Positions 1 to 10,190 of a stretch of DNA of 64,000 nucleotides are shown piece after piece. The notes below the pieces were generated by a model. The model was not told where the DNA came from, did no database searches, and was given only the letters and a program-made list of their open reading frames with translations. Numbering within the stretch: position 1 is the stretch's first letter; every line of letters starts with the position of its first letter. Source of the stretch: an uncultured Armatimonadetes bacterium (GTDB lineage Bacteria > Armatimonadota > UBA5829 > DTJY01); NCBI GenBank assembly GCA_963717145.1, contig OY970325.1, positions 1,024,001-1,088,000 on the forward strand, in the 5' to 3' direction. The position numbers and the translations under genes were made by a program.

Positions 1-796
1 ACACGTTGCCGCCCTGATCGAACGTGCCATAAGGGCTGTCGGAGTTCTGGAACTCGCCGGCGATCGTGGTGTACTTGCCGGAGTCGATGGGGTAGGCGCC
101 ATTGCCCGTCCAATAGTTGGCGTTGTTGCCGGAGGCGTCGGCCATGTCCCGACCCGGGGCCGTGTCGCTGCTCGTGGGAAACTCCCAGTATCCCGCGTTG
201 GTACTGCCGCCCTTGTAGTATGCAGCCTTATACCACTCGTCCTCGCTGGTGATCGCCCACGTCCAGCCTGCCTTGCGCGTTACGGCATTCAGTGCGGCAC
301 TGGTCGTTGCGCCATTGAGGTAGTACGCCCCGTCCTCGGTGGTCGCCAGGCCCTGTGCGCCCGTCGGCTGGCCGTTGTGCAGCCAGTTGGCGAACCGCGC
401 AGAGTCGCCCCAGGAGACGTAGTTGACCGGGCGGTTGACGAAGTCAGTCGCCACCGAGTAGGTGTAGCTGCCGGAAGAGCCACCCCGCGTGATCCCGCTC
501 CCATAGTCGGTACGCGACATGTCCGCGTTGTAGAGCGCGTACGTGTCGGTGGCTGCTACGGCATTGAGGAACGCTGTGTACTGCCCGGCGGTTACTTCAT
601 ACTTGCCGATGTTGTAGCTGTAGCTCACGGAGCCGCAGATTCTGTCCGGGCCATATCCCCCGGCCCCTGCGCCGGACAGCTCCCCTGCGTTTCCCGCGTT
701 GCCGACGGGAACGGTCTCGATCGTGATGTCCGCCTGGGCGGACAATCCCATACCCAGCAGCACGAGCGCCGCCGTTACGGCAAAGACCTTATTCAT
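1..796 (-). CDS. Secreted FGE-sulfatase (SUMF1/EgtB/PvdO) domain protein, probably PEP-CTERM type; 3' end runs off the window
   Basis: Own translation from ATG 796: signal peptide MNKVFAVTAALVLLGMGLSAQA, then YNIGKYEVTAGQYTAFLNAV, RPVNYVSWGDSARFANWL, SEDEWYKAAYY and SPYGTFDQGGNV. Not in the ORF track because it has no stop in the window. Confidence 0.85.
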   Translation of the reverse strand, partial: MNKVFAVTAALVLLGMGLSAQADITIETVPVGNAGNAGELSGAGAGGYGPDRICGSVSYSYNIGKYEVTAGQYTAFLNAVAATDTYALYNADMSRTDYGSGITRGGSSGSYTYSVATDFVNRPVNYVSWGDSARFANWLHNGQPTGAQGLATTEDGAYYLNGATTSAALNAVTRKAGWTWAITSEDEWYKAAYYKGGSTNAGYWEFPTSSDTAPGRDMADASGNNANYWTGNGAYPIDSGKYTTIAGEFQNSDSPYGTFDQGGNV

Positions 797-866
797 CCTT
801 TTCCTCCATTGCGCTGTAGCGGGCGGCTGCTCTTACGGCGGCCTGCCATCAGTCATAGTCTGTACT

Positions 867-894
867 ATTTTACACAGCCACCCAAATGTGTCAA
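867..894 (-). promoter_or_regulatory. Sigma70-type promoter for the FGE-domain gene
   Basis: Minus strand TTGACA-16 nt-TAAAAT. Confidence 0.6.
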
Positions 895-1093
895 GAAGAA
901 ACATGCGCGTAATCCGGAAACTGAGCGTGGCGACGCTCAAAAACTGGTACTATTACCTGGTTACCGTGTTCAACTCCAGACAGACTCAGGCTCTCGGTTC
1001 CGGTCCCCGAACACCCAGCACCCTCCGCCGCTCCCGCCGGTTGCGGATCACCCATCGGTGTGATATAATCGGCGAAACTGGAGTTCGCTCAGC

Positions 1094-1759
1094 ATGGATC
1101 GAATTGCGGATATATGCGCCTTGCTCGATGGGGAGTACGGGCGGCCTGATACCAAACCGAGGTATGGGCCGCTTGACGAGTTTATACTGACCATTCTCTC
1201 GCAGAACACATCCGCGGCGAACTACACCACAGCGTTCGATCGGCTTCGCGAGCAGTTCCCCGAATGGGAAACCGCCAGGACGGCTCAGGTCGATCAGATC
1301 GAGGCTGCAATCCGTCCCGGCGGCCTGGCGAGGATCAAAGCGCCGAGGATTAAGCAGGCGCTGAACGATATCATGGAGCGCACCGGAGCGCTGAGCCTCG
1401 ACTTCCTGGCCGAGATGCCGGATAACGATGCGCGAGAGTATCTCATGCGGTTCGATGGAGTCGGCATCAAGACCGCGTCGTGCGTGCTGATGTTCTCGCT
1501 CAACAGGCCGGTACTGCCGGTGGATACGCACGTGCATCGGATATCCCAGCGCCTGGGGCTGATCGGGAAGCGTGAATCAGCGGAGTCAGCGCACCACACT
1601 CTGCAGGCGATGGTTCCGGACGATCTGGTATACTCGTTCCACGTGAATGTCGTGACTCATGGCCGCAGAGTCTGTAAGGCGCAGAGCCCATTGTGCGATG
1701 CATGCGTGCTGCTTCACATCTGCGGTCACGGGCAAATGCTGCTGTCGGGAAGTACATGA
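1094..1759 (+). CDS. nth: Endonuclease III (HhH-GPD, 4Fe-4S)
   Basis: ILSQNT, GVGIKTASCVL, PVDTHVHR, Cx6Cx2Cx5C. Confidence 0.9.
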   Translation: MDRIADICALLDGEYGRPDTKPRYGPLDEFILTILSQNTSAANYTTAFDRLREQFPEWETARTAQVDQIEAAIRPGGLARIKAPRIKQALNDIMERTGALSLDFLAEMPDNDAREYLMRFDGVGIKTASCVLMFSLNRPVLPVDTHVHRISQRLGLIGKRESAESAHHTLQAMVPDDLVYSFHVNVVTHGRRVCKAQSPLCDACVLLHICGHGQMLLSGST

Positions 1760-1785
1760 ATACCTCGGGTTAAGGAGCAGACGTA

Positions 1786-2043
1786 ATGAACGAAAAGACT
1801 CAGGAGCCACAGGAAGATTTCATCGCCGTTTTCGCTGCGACGGATGAAACCACAGCGAACATAGTGAGTGCGGCGCTCGAGGCTGAGGGCATATCGGTAG
1901 TCGTGCGCCCAATGCACACATCCTGGCTTGACGGCATGATGGTCCCCGCTGAGGGACTGTGGGGCGAACTGCTCGTGCCGGAAGCCGATGCGGAACGCGC
2001 TGCCGCGGTCCTGGCCGAGTACGGCGACGGTATCAAGCCATAG
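1786..2043 (+). CDS. Small DUF2007-like putative signal-transducing protein
   Basis: ANIVSAALEAEGI...ELLVPEADAERAAAVL; AAGGAG RBS. Confidence 0.7.
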   Translation: MNEKTQEPQEDFIAVFAATDETTANIVSAALEAEGISVVVRPMHTSWLDGMMVPAEGLWGELLVPEADAERAAAVLAEYGDGIKP

Positions 2044-2100
2044 TTTGGATCCGCCGCGCATGCCGGCTGAACAATGCCATGTAGAGGGTTGGTGTAACAA

Positions 2101-3531
2101 ATGCCTAAGGAGATCGCGCCTCGTGAGGAGATGCCTCGTCAGTCGCCTCAGGAACGCGCTCGCAATTTCGATGAAGTAGCTCTCGGTTACGACGAAGACC
2201 AGGTCGTGCGCGAGGCAAAGCGGTGTCTCGGATGCAAGAAGAGTCCATGCGTGGCGGGGTGTCCCGTCGGAGTCGACATTCCGGGGATAGTTCGGTTGGT
2301 CGCCGAGGAGAAGTTCCCTGAGGCCGCCGCACTCCTCAAGATGACGAATGCCCTTCCCGCTATCTGCGGACGAGTGTGTCCCCAGGAGGAGCAGTGTGAG
2401 AAGCTCTGCCTGGTCGGCAAGCTCGGTGAACCGGTCGCCATCGGGCGGATCGAGCGGTTCATCGCCGACTGGGAAGCCGCACACAAGGAGCTTGCCGGGT
2501 TGTGTGAAGTGACGCGCGAGCCGCCGCCCGCCTATCATCTCGCGAAAGTTGCCGTGATCGGCGCCGGGCCTGCGGGACTGACCGCCGCGGGGGAGCTTGC
2601 TTGCCTCGGTTATGACGTCACTGTGTTCGAGGCTTTACATGAACCAGGCGGAGTGCTCACATACGGCATCCCGAATTTCCGTCTGCCCAGAGACATTTTG
2701 CGCAGAGAAGTCGAGTACGTCGAATCGCTCGGCGTCGAACTCCAGTCCAACGTTGTCATCGGCAAGACGCTCACTCTGCAGGACCTCTTCGATACGGGCT
2801 ACAGCGCCGTGTTCATCGGCACGGGCGCGGGCTTGCCCCAGTTCCTCAACATTCCGGGCGAAAACCTGAATGGTGTCTACTCCGCGAACGAGTTCCTGAC
2901 ACGAGTCAACCTGATGCACGCGCGGCACTTCCCGGACCATCCCACGCCTGTCCGACTCGGGAAGAAGGTCGCGGTGTTCGGCGCGGGCAATGTCGCGATG
3001 GATGGAGCGAGATGCTCCCTTCGCCTGGGAGCAGAGGAAGTCACGATCATCTATCGGCGGTCCCGCACCGAGATGCCCGCCCGCGAGGAGGAGATCGAGA
3101 ACGCCGAGGAAGAGGGTGTCAAGTTCCAGTTGCTCACCGCTCCCGTGCGCTTTATCGGGGATGAGGACGGATGGCTCAAGGGCGTCGAGTGCATCCGGAT
3201 GGAACTCGGGGAGCCGGACGACTCCGGGCGCAGGAGACCGGTACCCGTCGAGGGGTCGGAGTTCACCATCGAGATCGACACCGCCATAATCGCGATCGGA
3301 CAGAGCCCGAACCCGATGGTCCGCAACAGCGCGCCCGATCTGCAGACCACCAAGTGGGGCGGGATCGTGACCGATGAGGAGACCTGCGCCACGTCGATCC
3401 CCGGCGTCTATGCCGGCGGGGACGCGGTCACCGGGGCGGCCACAGTCATCACCGCGATGGGCGCGGGCAAGACGGCTGCCAAAGCGATCGACGAGTACAT
3501 CCACACCAAGATGGAGAGAGAGAAACCATAA
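2101..3531 (+). CDS. gltA: NADPH-dependent glutamate synthase small-subunit-like flavoprotein (GltA/SudA/NfnB type)
   Basis: RCLGCKKSPCVAGCP, CGRVCPQEEQCE, GAGPAG, GAGNVAMD, AGGDAVTG. Confidence 0.9.
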   Translation: MPKEIAPREEMPRQSPQERARNFDEVALGYDEDQVVREAKRCLGCKKSPCVAGCPVGVDIPGIVRLVAEEKFPEAAALLKMTNALPAICGRVCPQEEQCEKLCLVGKLGEPVAIGRIERFIADWEAAHKELAGLCEVTREPPPAYHLAKVAVIGAGPAGLTAAGELACLGYDVTVFEALHEPGGVLTYGIPNFRLPRDILRREVEYVESLGVELQSNVVIGKTLTLQDLFDTGYSAVFIGTGAGLPQFLNIPGENLNGVYSANEFLTRVNLMHARHFPDHPTPVRLGKKVAVFGAGNVAMDGARCSLRLGAEEVTIIYRRSRTEMPAREEEIENAEEEGVKFQLLTAPVRFIGDEDGWLKGVECIRMELGEPDDSGRRRPVPVEGSEFTIEIDTAIIAIGQSPNPMVRNSAPDLQTTKWGGIVTDEETCATSIPGVYAGGDAVTGAATVITAMGAGKTAAKAIDEYIHTKMEREKP

Positions 3532-3550
3532 GCTACCAGGAGGCCCAGCT

Positions 3551-4630
3551 ATGCCAAAGCTTTACGCTCAATCCTATACAAAGGAACAGATTCTTCAGAG
3601 GGTAGGAGATATCTCCCAGATCGGGGGAGTCCGACTCCAAACGCGCGCGGACGGAGTCGAACGCGGTGTCCGGACGGCGGATTTTCGGACCGGCACAGGA
3701 TTGGATTTCTCTGTACTGATCGACCGTGGACTCGATATCTCGACCGCTGAGTACTGCGGGCAGGCGCTCGCGTGGAGATCGGCTACGGCGGACCGGTCGC
3801 CGGCATACTTCGAGGAGCCGGGGCTCGGATGGTTGAGGAGCTTCTACGGCGGGCTGGTCGTGACGTGCGGACTGACATACGCGGGCGCTCCGACGACCGA
3901 TCAGGGCAAGCCGCTCGGCCTCCACGGGCGAGTCTCCAACACGCCGGCGACCAACGTCTATGCGGACGGGGAGTGGCAGGGCGACGACTACGTCATGTGG
4001 GTACAGGGCAAGGTCCGCGAGGCGATCGTCTTCGGCGAGAACATCGAGATGACCCGCAGGATCACCGCAAAGCTCGGCGAGTCCAGGATATGGATTCACG
4101 ATAAGGTCACGAACATGGGCCACAAGGATACCGAGCACATGATCCTGTACCACATCAACATCGGCTTCCCGGTGATCGACGAGGGCGGGCGGCTGATCGG
4201 CCCCATCAAGGGGTATCAGCCCAGGGACGATGACGCCATGATCGAAAAGGAGAAGTACGCCGATTTCCCCGCGCCGACTGTCGGCTTTCGGGAGAGGGTC
4301 TACTACCTCGACATGGTTGCCGACAAGAATGGCGATGTCTCGGCGGCACTCGTGAATCCCAACTTCCGAGGCGGCCAGGGGTTCGGCGTCTACATCAAGT
4401 ACCCGAAGAAGGAACTCCCCGAGTTCACCGAGTGGAAGATGAACGACGCCGGCACGTATGTCGTCGGTATGGAGCCCGCGAATTGCCGGGTCGAAGGACG
4501 GGACAAGGAGCGCGCGCGCGGGGCGCTTCAGTTCCTCAAGCCGGGAGAGACCCGGGAATACCACCTCGAGATCGGGCTGCTGAACTCGCCGGAGGACGTA
4601 AAGGCCTTCGAGGCTCAGGTCGCCGTTTGA
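3551..4630 (+). CDS. Aldose 1-epimerase family protein (DUF4432-like)
   Basis: DRGLDI, TCGL, GLHGR, LYHINIG, GMEP; AGGAGG RBS before ATG 3551. Confidence 0.8.
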   Translation: MPKLYAQSYTKEQILQRVGDISQIGGVRLQTRADGVERGVRTADFRTGTGLDFSVLIDRGLDISTAEYCGQALAWRSATADRSPAYFEEPGLGWLRSFYGGLVVTCGLTYAGAPTTDQGKPLGLHGRVSNTPATNVYADGEWQGDDYVMWVQGKVREAIVFGENIEMTRRITAKLGESRIWIHDKVTNMGHKDTEHMILYHINIGFPVIDEGGRLIGPIKGYQPRDDDAMIEKEKYADFPAPTVGFRERVYYLDMVADKNGDVSAALVNPNFRGGQGFGVYIKYPKKELPEFTEWKMNDAGTYVVGMEPANCRVEGRDKERARGALQFLKPGETREYHLEIGLLNSPEDVKAFEAQVAV

Positions 4631-4670
4631 CACCAATTCGGGTGCAGTGCTAGACTGACTTCAGCCTCGA

Positions 4671-4753
4671 TGGTGCTCCGTAGGGGCGATCCTTCAACGG
4701 TCGCCCGGTTCGTCGCTGGGCGACCGTTGAAGGATCGCCCCTACGGAGCACCA
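4671..4753. repeat. REP/REPIN doublet, family A (GTAGGGGCGATCCTTCAACGGTCGCCC)
   Basis: Inverted pair of GTAG-led REP units; identical core at 6222-6301. Confidence 0.85.
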
Positions 4754-4770
4754 ACAAGGCTGAAGGTGAT

Positions 4771-6213
4771 ATGGCATACAAAGATCTACACGACTTCATA
4801 GCGCACCTGGACAAGGCCGGGCAGCTCAAACGCATCGGCATGGAACTCAGTCCCGTCCTCGAGATCCCTGAGGTCGCCGACCGCGTCATGCGCGACATCG
4901 GCCCCGCGCTCCTCTTCGAGCATCCGACCGGCTCGGACATCCCCGTGCTGATCAACGCCATGGGTTCGACCGAGCGCATGGCGATGGCGCTTGGGGTCGA
5001 TTCCGTCGAGGAGATCGCCAGGGAGATCGAGGCGCTCCTGCATATCGAACCGCCGCAAACCGTCATCGGCAAGTTGGCGATGATTCCGAAGTACGGCAAG
5101 CTCGCCTCCTATATGCCGAAGACGGTCAGGTCTGCCCATTGCCAGGAGGTCGTCAAGACCGACGATGCCTCGCTCGACGAGCTTCCCATCCTGCACTGCT
5201 GGCCAGGCGATGGTGGCAGGTTCATCACGCTGCCAATGGTTTTCTCCAAGGATCCTCATACCCGAGCGCGCAATGTCGGAATGTATCGCATGCACGTGTA
5301 CGACGAGAAGACAACCGGCATGCACTGGCATCCGAACAAGGTCGGCGCGCGGCACTACGCCGAGTTCGAGCGCCTCGGTCGGCGGATGGAGGTCGCCGTT
5401 GCGCTCGGTGGCGACCCTGCGATCACCTATTCGGCGACCGCACCGCTCCCTGAGGATTTCGACGAGATGATATTCGCCGGATTCCTGCGGAAATCCCCGG
5501 TCGAACTCGTGAAGTGCAAGACCGTCGACATTGAGGTCCCTGCCGACTCTGAGATCGTAATCGAGGGATACGTCGATCCGTGCGAACGGCGGACGGAAGG
5601 CCCATTCGGCGATCATACAGGTTACTACTCGCTCGCTGATCAGTTCCCCGTGTTCCACGTGACCTGCATCACGCGCAGGAAGAACGCGATCTATCCGGCG
5701 ACGATCGTCGGCAGGCCGCCCAAGGAAGACTGCTTCATGGCGAAGGCCACCGAGCGGATCTTCCTGCCGCTCATCCGCATGCAGTTGCCTGAGATGGTGG
5801 ATATCAACCTCCCTATCGAGGGCGTATTTCACAATATCGCAATCGTCAGCATCCGGAAGCGGTACCCCGGTCATGCCCGCAAAGTCATGCATGCCCTCTG
5901 GGGAATGGGCCAGATGGCCTTTACCAAGATCATCATCGTCGTCGATGAGCACGTCGATGTTCAGGACATGAAACAGGTGATCTGGCGGGTAGGAAACAAT
6001 GTCAGCCCGAAGCGTGACATAGAGTTCGTCCAGGGGCCGCTCGACATTCTGGATCACGCGTCCATCAAGTCCGGGTACGGTAGCAAGATGGGGATCGATG
6101 CCACGAAGAAGGTGCCGATCGAGGGGCATACGCGCGAATGGCCGGATGAGATCGTCATGAGCCCGGATGTCGTCCGCAAGATCGACTCCATCTGGGATGA
6201 ACTGATGAAATGA
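4771..6213 (+). CDS. ubiD: UbiD-family menaquinone biosynthesis decarboxylase (MqnL type)
   Basis: NVGMYR, EGPFGDHTGYY, GSKMGIDAT; mqn context. Confidence 0.92.
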   Translation: MAYKDLHDFIAHLDKAGQLKRIGMELSPVLEIPEVADRVMRDIGPALLFEHPTGSDIPVLINAMGSTERMAMALGVDSVEEIAREIEALLHIEPPQTVIGKLAMIPKYGKLASYMPKTVRSAHCQEVVKTDDASLDELPILHCWPGDGGRFITLPMVFSKDPHTRARNVGMYRMHVYDEKTTGMHWHPNKVGARHYAEFERLGRRMEVAVALGGDPAITYSATAPLPEDFDEMIFAGFLRKSPVELVKCKTVDIEVPADSEIVIEGYVDPCERRTEGPFGDHTGYYSLADQFPVFHVTCITRRKNAIYPATIVGRPPKEDCFMAKATERIFLPLIRMQLPEMVDINLPIEGVFHNIAIVSIRKRYPGHARKVMHALWGMGQMAFTKIIIVVDEHVDVQDMKQVIWRVGNNVSPKRDIEFVQGPLDILDHASIKSGYGSKMGIDATKKVPIEGHTREWPDEIVMSPDVVRKIDSIWDELMK

Positions 6214-6221
6214 AGCAGGTC

Positions 6222-6301
6222 CCATTCCCGTAGGGGCGATCCTTCAACGGTCGCCCCAGATCTGTCGGGCGACCGTTGAAGGATCGCCCCTACGGGAATG
6301 G
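6222..6301. repeat. REP/REPIN doublet, family A
   Basis: Same 27-nt core as 4671-4753, as an inverted pair. Confidence 0.85.
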
Positions 6302-6323
6302 TGGCAGGTTATGGATATTCCAT

Positions 6324-6929
6324 ATGAGTATGAACCGAAGTCTGATAGTCGCGATCACCGGTGCGAGCGGCAGTATCTATGCCGTTCGATTTCTCGAGAG
6401 TATTCTGGAGCACTACGATCGCATCTATCTGACCGTCTCAGAGAATGCGGCGCCCGTCATCCGCACTGAGTTGGGAATCGACCTCCTCGGCGATGCCATC
6501 GACGCTCGGACATTCCTCGGGCGGGACTGCGACAAGATCGAGATGTGCTCCCCGCGTGACCTGTGTGCTCCTCCAGCCAGCGGATCGGTCCGATCTGATG
6601 GCATGGTGATTATCCCCTGCTCGATGGGCACTGCCGGTCGGATCGCCTCGGGCATATCGAACGACCTGACGACTCGCGCCGCCAACGTCTGCCTCAAGGA
6701 GCGCAGAAAGCTCATCATGGTGGTCCGCGAGACTCCCCTGAACCTCATCCACTTGCGCAACCTGACCCAACTGGCGGAGGCCGGTGCGACCATCCTGCCG
6801 GCATCGCCCGCGTTCTACACGAATCCCAAGACGATCGAGGATATGGTCGAGTTCGTAGTCGCCAGAGTGATGCAGCAACTCGGACTCAGGCATCCCCACG
6901 CGCCTGAGTGGCATGGGATCGAGGAGTAG
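6324..6929 (+). CDS. ubiX: Flavin prenyltransferase UbiX
   Basis: AITGASGS, ASGS, PCSMGT, RETPL. Confidence 0.92.
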   Translation: MSMNRSLIVAITGASGSIYAVRFLESILEHYDRIYLTVSENAAPVIRTELGIDLLGDAIDARTFLGRDCDKIEMCSPRDLCAPPASGSVRSDGMVIIPCSMGTAGRIASGISNDLTTRAANVCLKERRKLIMVVRETPLNLIHLRNLTQLAEAGATILPASPAFYTNPKTIEDMVEFVVARVMQQLGLRHPHAPEWHGIEE

Positions 6930-6933
6930 CGGA

Positions 6934-7789
6934 ATGGCATCCAAGGTTCTGACCATCCTCGAGATGATCAAGTTCGAGCATACCGTTTTCGCGCTCCCGT
7001 TCGCACTCACGAGCGCGCTGCTTGCGGCCAACGGTATCCCTTCCGGTCGGGTCCTCTTGTGGATCCTGGTAGCGATGGTTGGCGCGCGAAGCTCGGCGAT
7101 GGCGTTCAACCGGATAGCCGATCTGCACTACGATCGCCTGAATCCAAGAACCGCACAGCGCGCGCTGCCGAAGGGGATTCTGAGAGTCGGTGATGTCTGG
7201 CTCTTTACGATGGCATCCGCGACGGTGTTCGTCTTCGCCTCGAAAGATGCTGAACACTCTGGCATTCGCTCTGTCACCAGTCGCGCTGCTCGTCATCCTT
7301 GGCTATTCTTACACGAAGCGGTTCACGTCGCTCTCTCATCTCGTGCTCGGACTGGCGCTCGGGATCGCTCCCGTCGGCGCATGGATCGCCGTCACCGGGC
7401 GGCTCGATTTCGCGCCGATGGTGTTGTCGGCGGCGGTGATGTTCTGGACAGCGGGCTTCGATGTCATCTATGCCCTCCAGGACCTGGAGTTTGATCGCGA
7501 GCATGGCTTGTTCTCGATCCCCAAGGCGCTCGGACCGGCAAGGGCGCTGCAGATGTCCCGTGTCTTCCACCTGGCGACCGTCGGCCTGCTGGCCTGGTTC
7601 GGGGTGGTGATTGGATTGGGAACGACCTATTGGATCGGCATCGCGTTCGTCGGCGTTCTGCTCGCCTACGAGCAGAGCCTGGTCAAGCCGGATGATTTCA
7701 GTAAGGTCAACGTGGCATTCTTCAATACGAATGGACTGGTCAGCATCGGGTTCCTCGGATTCACGATACTAGATATCATTGCGCGCTAA
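6934..7789 (+). CDS. mqnP: UbiA-like polyprenyltransferase (MqnP), with a +1 frameshift near 7243
   Basis: MIKFEHTVFALPF and NRIADLHYDRLNPRT in one frame; YSYTKRFT and DVIYALQD in the next; junction TCGAAAGATG has one extra A. Confidence 0.85.
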
Positions 7790-7842
7790 AAGAGATGCGG
7801 AAGACGACCAGACCACAGGCAAAGGGAGAAGGTAGACACCAC

Positions 7843-8265
7843 ATGGCGCTGTTTGGGAAGAGCAAGACGGACGAGTTGATGACGAGAACATATGTTTTGG
7901 TTGCTAATGCTAGGGCGCGGCTGTTGCAAGCGGACGCCCTCCGCCAGTACCGAAGCCAAGTCGTAGCTCGGGCTACTTGGCTGAAGGCCGACGAGCTCAC
8001 GGAGATGGAGGAAGCTCTCCGAAAGTATGCGTTTTCACTGATCTCTGCTGTATCAAGAGAGGTAGGCGAGCTTCTGTCGGTCAGCAGTCGCCCATTTCTG
8101 AACATGGCCATACAGCCGAAAGAGGAGATGGGTATGCTATCTAGCACGTATGGTAAGGCAGCCTCTCAGATAGCGCGTGCTGTTCGCGACTTCGATGATA
8201 CGGACTCAGGCGTCCCATCTGCCGCGGAGGTGCTTAGCTGGTTACTTCCGGAGACGAAGCGTTAA
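7843..8265 (+). CDS. Hypothetical 140-aa protein inserted in the mqn operon
   Basis: Fills the mqnP-mqnE gap; purine-rich RBS-like region; visibly more A/T-ending codons than neighbours. Confidence 0.6.
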   Translation: MALFGKSKTDELMTRTYVLVANARARLLQADALRQYRSQVVARATWLKADELTEMEEALRKYAFSLISAVSREVGELLSVSSRPFLNMAIQPKEEMGMLSSTYGKAASQIARAVRDFDDTDSGVPSAAEVLSWLLPETKR

Positions 8266-8298
8266 GCTATATGCGAGCAAGGGACCACAGGTGTTTAG

Positions 8299-9393
8299 AT
8301 GACATTCCTAGCTGCTGGGTCAGACATTGGTGACATAGTAGCCAAGGTAGAGCGCGGCGAGCGACTCTCCTTCAAAGATGGCGTCCGGCTCTTAGCCTCC
8401 AACGATCTGCTCGCGATCGGGTGGGCGGCCAACCTCGTGCGCCGACGGCTGAACGGCGACCGCACCTACTACATCGTCAACCGGCATATCAACTACACCA
8501 ACGTTTGCCGGAACCGATGCCGCTTCTGCGCGTTCTCGGCGAGTGACGGTGAGCCCGGCGCATACACGATGAGCATCGAGGAGGTTGTCCGGAAGGCCGA
8601 GGACGCCCGACAGGACACCGACTTCACCGAATTGCATATCGTCGGCGGCCTGCACCCCGATCTGCCGTTCAGCTACTACACCCAGATGCTCTCTGAACTG
8701 AAGCGCCGGATGCCGGACGTTCATCTCCAGGCGTTCACCGCGGTGGAGATCGATCATCTCGCGCGGATCGCCGGTCTGAGCATCACGGAAACGCTGACGC
8801 AACTCCGAGATGCCGGCCTCGGATCGCTTCCCGGCGGCGGCGCGGAGGTGTTCGCTCCCAGGATTCGGCAGGAGCTGTGCGCCGAGAAACTTTCGTCGGA
8901 GGGCTGGCTCGACGTCATGAGGGCGGCCCACGAGCTTGGCATCAGATCGAACGCCACGATGCTCTACGGGCACATCGAGACGGCCGAGGAGCGCGTCGAT
9001 CACCTCCTCAGGCTGCGGCAACTGCAGGATGAGACAGGCGGCTTCCTGACGTTCATCCCGCTCGCGTTCCATCCCAAGGGTACCGACCTCGAGGGAATTC
9101 GCAAGCCATCGGGGATCGACGACCTGAAGATGATCGCCGTCAGCCGCCTGATGCTCGATAACTTCCCGCACGTGAAGGTCTTCTGGATCATGCTCGGGGT
9201 CAAGCTCGCGCAGGTCGCCCTCCACTTCGGCGCCGATGATTTCGATGGCACGGTCGTCGAGGAAAAGATCACCCACGCGGCGGGCGCCGAGACGCCCGAG
9301 GGGCTATCGGTGACCGAGATCCTGCGTCTGATCTCCGAGACCGGCACCGTTCCCGTCGAGCGGGATACGCTTTACAATGAGGTGAAGAGATGA
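8299..9393 (+). CDS. mqnE: Aminofutalosine synthase (radical SAM)
   Basis: NYTNVCRNRCRFCAF, ELHIVGG, SNATMLYGH, RLMLDNFPHVK, FDGTVVEEKI. Confidence 0.92.
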   Translation: MTFLAAGSDIGDIVAKVERGERLSFKDGVRLLASNDLLAIGWAANLVRRRLNGDRTYYIVNRHINYTNVCRNRCRFCAFSASDGEPGAYTMSIEEVVRKAEDARQDTDFTELHIVGGLHPDLPFSYYTQMLSELKRRMPDVHLQAFTAVEIDHLARIAGLSITETLTQLRDAGLGSLPGGGAEVFAPRIRQELCAEKLSSEGWLDVMRAAHELGIRSNATMLYGHIETAEERVDHLLRLRQLQDETGGFLTFIPLAFHPKGTDLEGIRKPSGIDDLKMIAVSRLMLDNFPHVKVFWIMLGVKLAQVALHFGADDFDGTVVEEKITHAAGAETPEGLSVTEILRLISETGTVPVERDTLYNEVKR

Positions 9394-10190
9394 AGATCGG
9401 CGCGGTTCCATATCTGAACGGCAAACCCCTGGTACACGGGCTGGATCGCGAGCCGGGCATCGAGTTGATCACCGATGTCCCGTCGAAGCTGGCCTATATG
9501 CTCAGGAATCGGGAGATCGCCGCCGGGTTGGTCTCGGTCTTCGCGTGTTTCGACAATCCCTCGCTGGAGATGGTCCCGGGGATCAGCATCTCGTGCGACG
9601 GCCCGGCTGACAGCGTCCGGATCTTCCTGAACAAGCCCATCGGGGATGTCCGCACGGTGGCGCTCGACACCAGCTCACTGACCTCAGTGATGCTGGCTCA
9701 GATCATCCTTCGCGAGTGCTATCGGCTTGCGCCGGAGTTCGTTTCGATGCCGCCTGACCTCGACCTCATGCTGGATCGATGTGATGCGGCCGTCGTCATC
9801 GGGGACACGACGATGACCGCACCGCTCGACAAGTGGCCGACCCTCGATCTCGGCGAGGAGTGGCGGAACCTCACAGGGCTGCCGTTCGTCTTTGCCGTTT
9901 GGGCGGTGAACCCCGAGATGGCGACCCCAGGGCTCGTTGACACACTCACACGGGCCAAGCAGCACGGGATGCGGTCGCTCCATGAGATCAGCGAATCCGA
10001 GTCGAAGCGGCTCGATCTGCCCCGTGAGGTCTGCCACAGGTATCTGAGTGAGATCATGAGCTACGACCTCACAGAGAGGCATCTGGAGGCGCTCGAGCTG
10101 TTCAGGCGGAAGTCGCTAACGTTGAGACCGGGACTCCGCACGGACCCGGTGCCGGTATTTGGCATGCGGAACGGGATCGGGCCGGGATGA
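9390..10190 (+). CDS. mqnA: Chorismate dehydratase
   Basis: VPYLNGKPL, SSLTSV, IGD, DLGEEW..LTGLPFVFAVW. Confidence 0.9.
   Translation: MKIGAVPYLNGKPLVHGLDREPGIELITDVPSKLAYMLRNREIAAGLVSVFACFDNPSLEMVPGISISCDGPADSVRIFLNKPIGDVRTVALDTSSLTSVMLAQIILRECYRLAPEFVSMPPDLDLMLDRCDAAVVIGDTTMTAPLDKWPTLDLGEEWRNLTGLPFVFAVWAVNPEMATPGLVDTLTRAKQHGMRSLHEISESESKRLDLPREVCHRYLSEIMSYDLTERHLEALELFRRKSLTLRPGLRTDPVPVFGMRNGIGPG

Noticed and set aside
1-796. Diversity-generating retroelement target (FGE/CLec fold)
   Set aside because: No reverse transcriptase or template repeat seen; the C-terminus is outside the window.
7230-7260. Programmed frameshift in mqnP (likewise near 59365 and 63245)
   Set aside because: Single-base indels with no slippery heptamer or stimulatory structure; most likely consensus errors.
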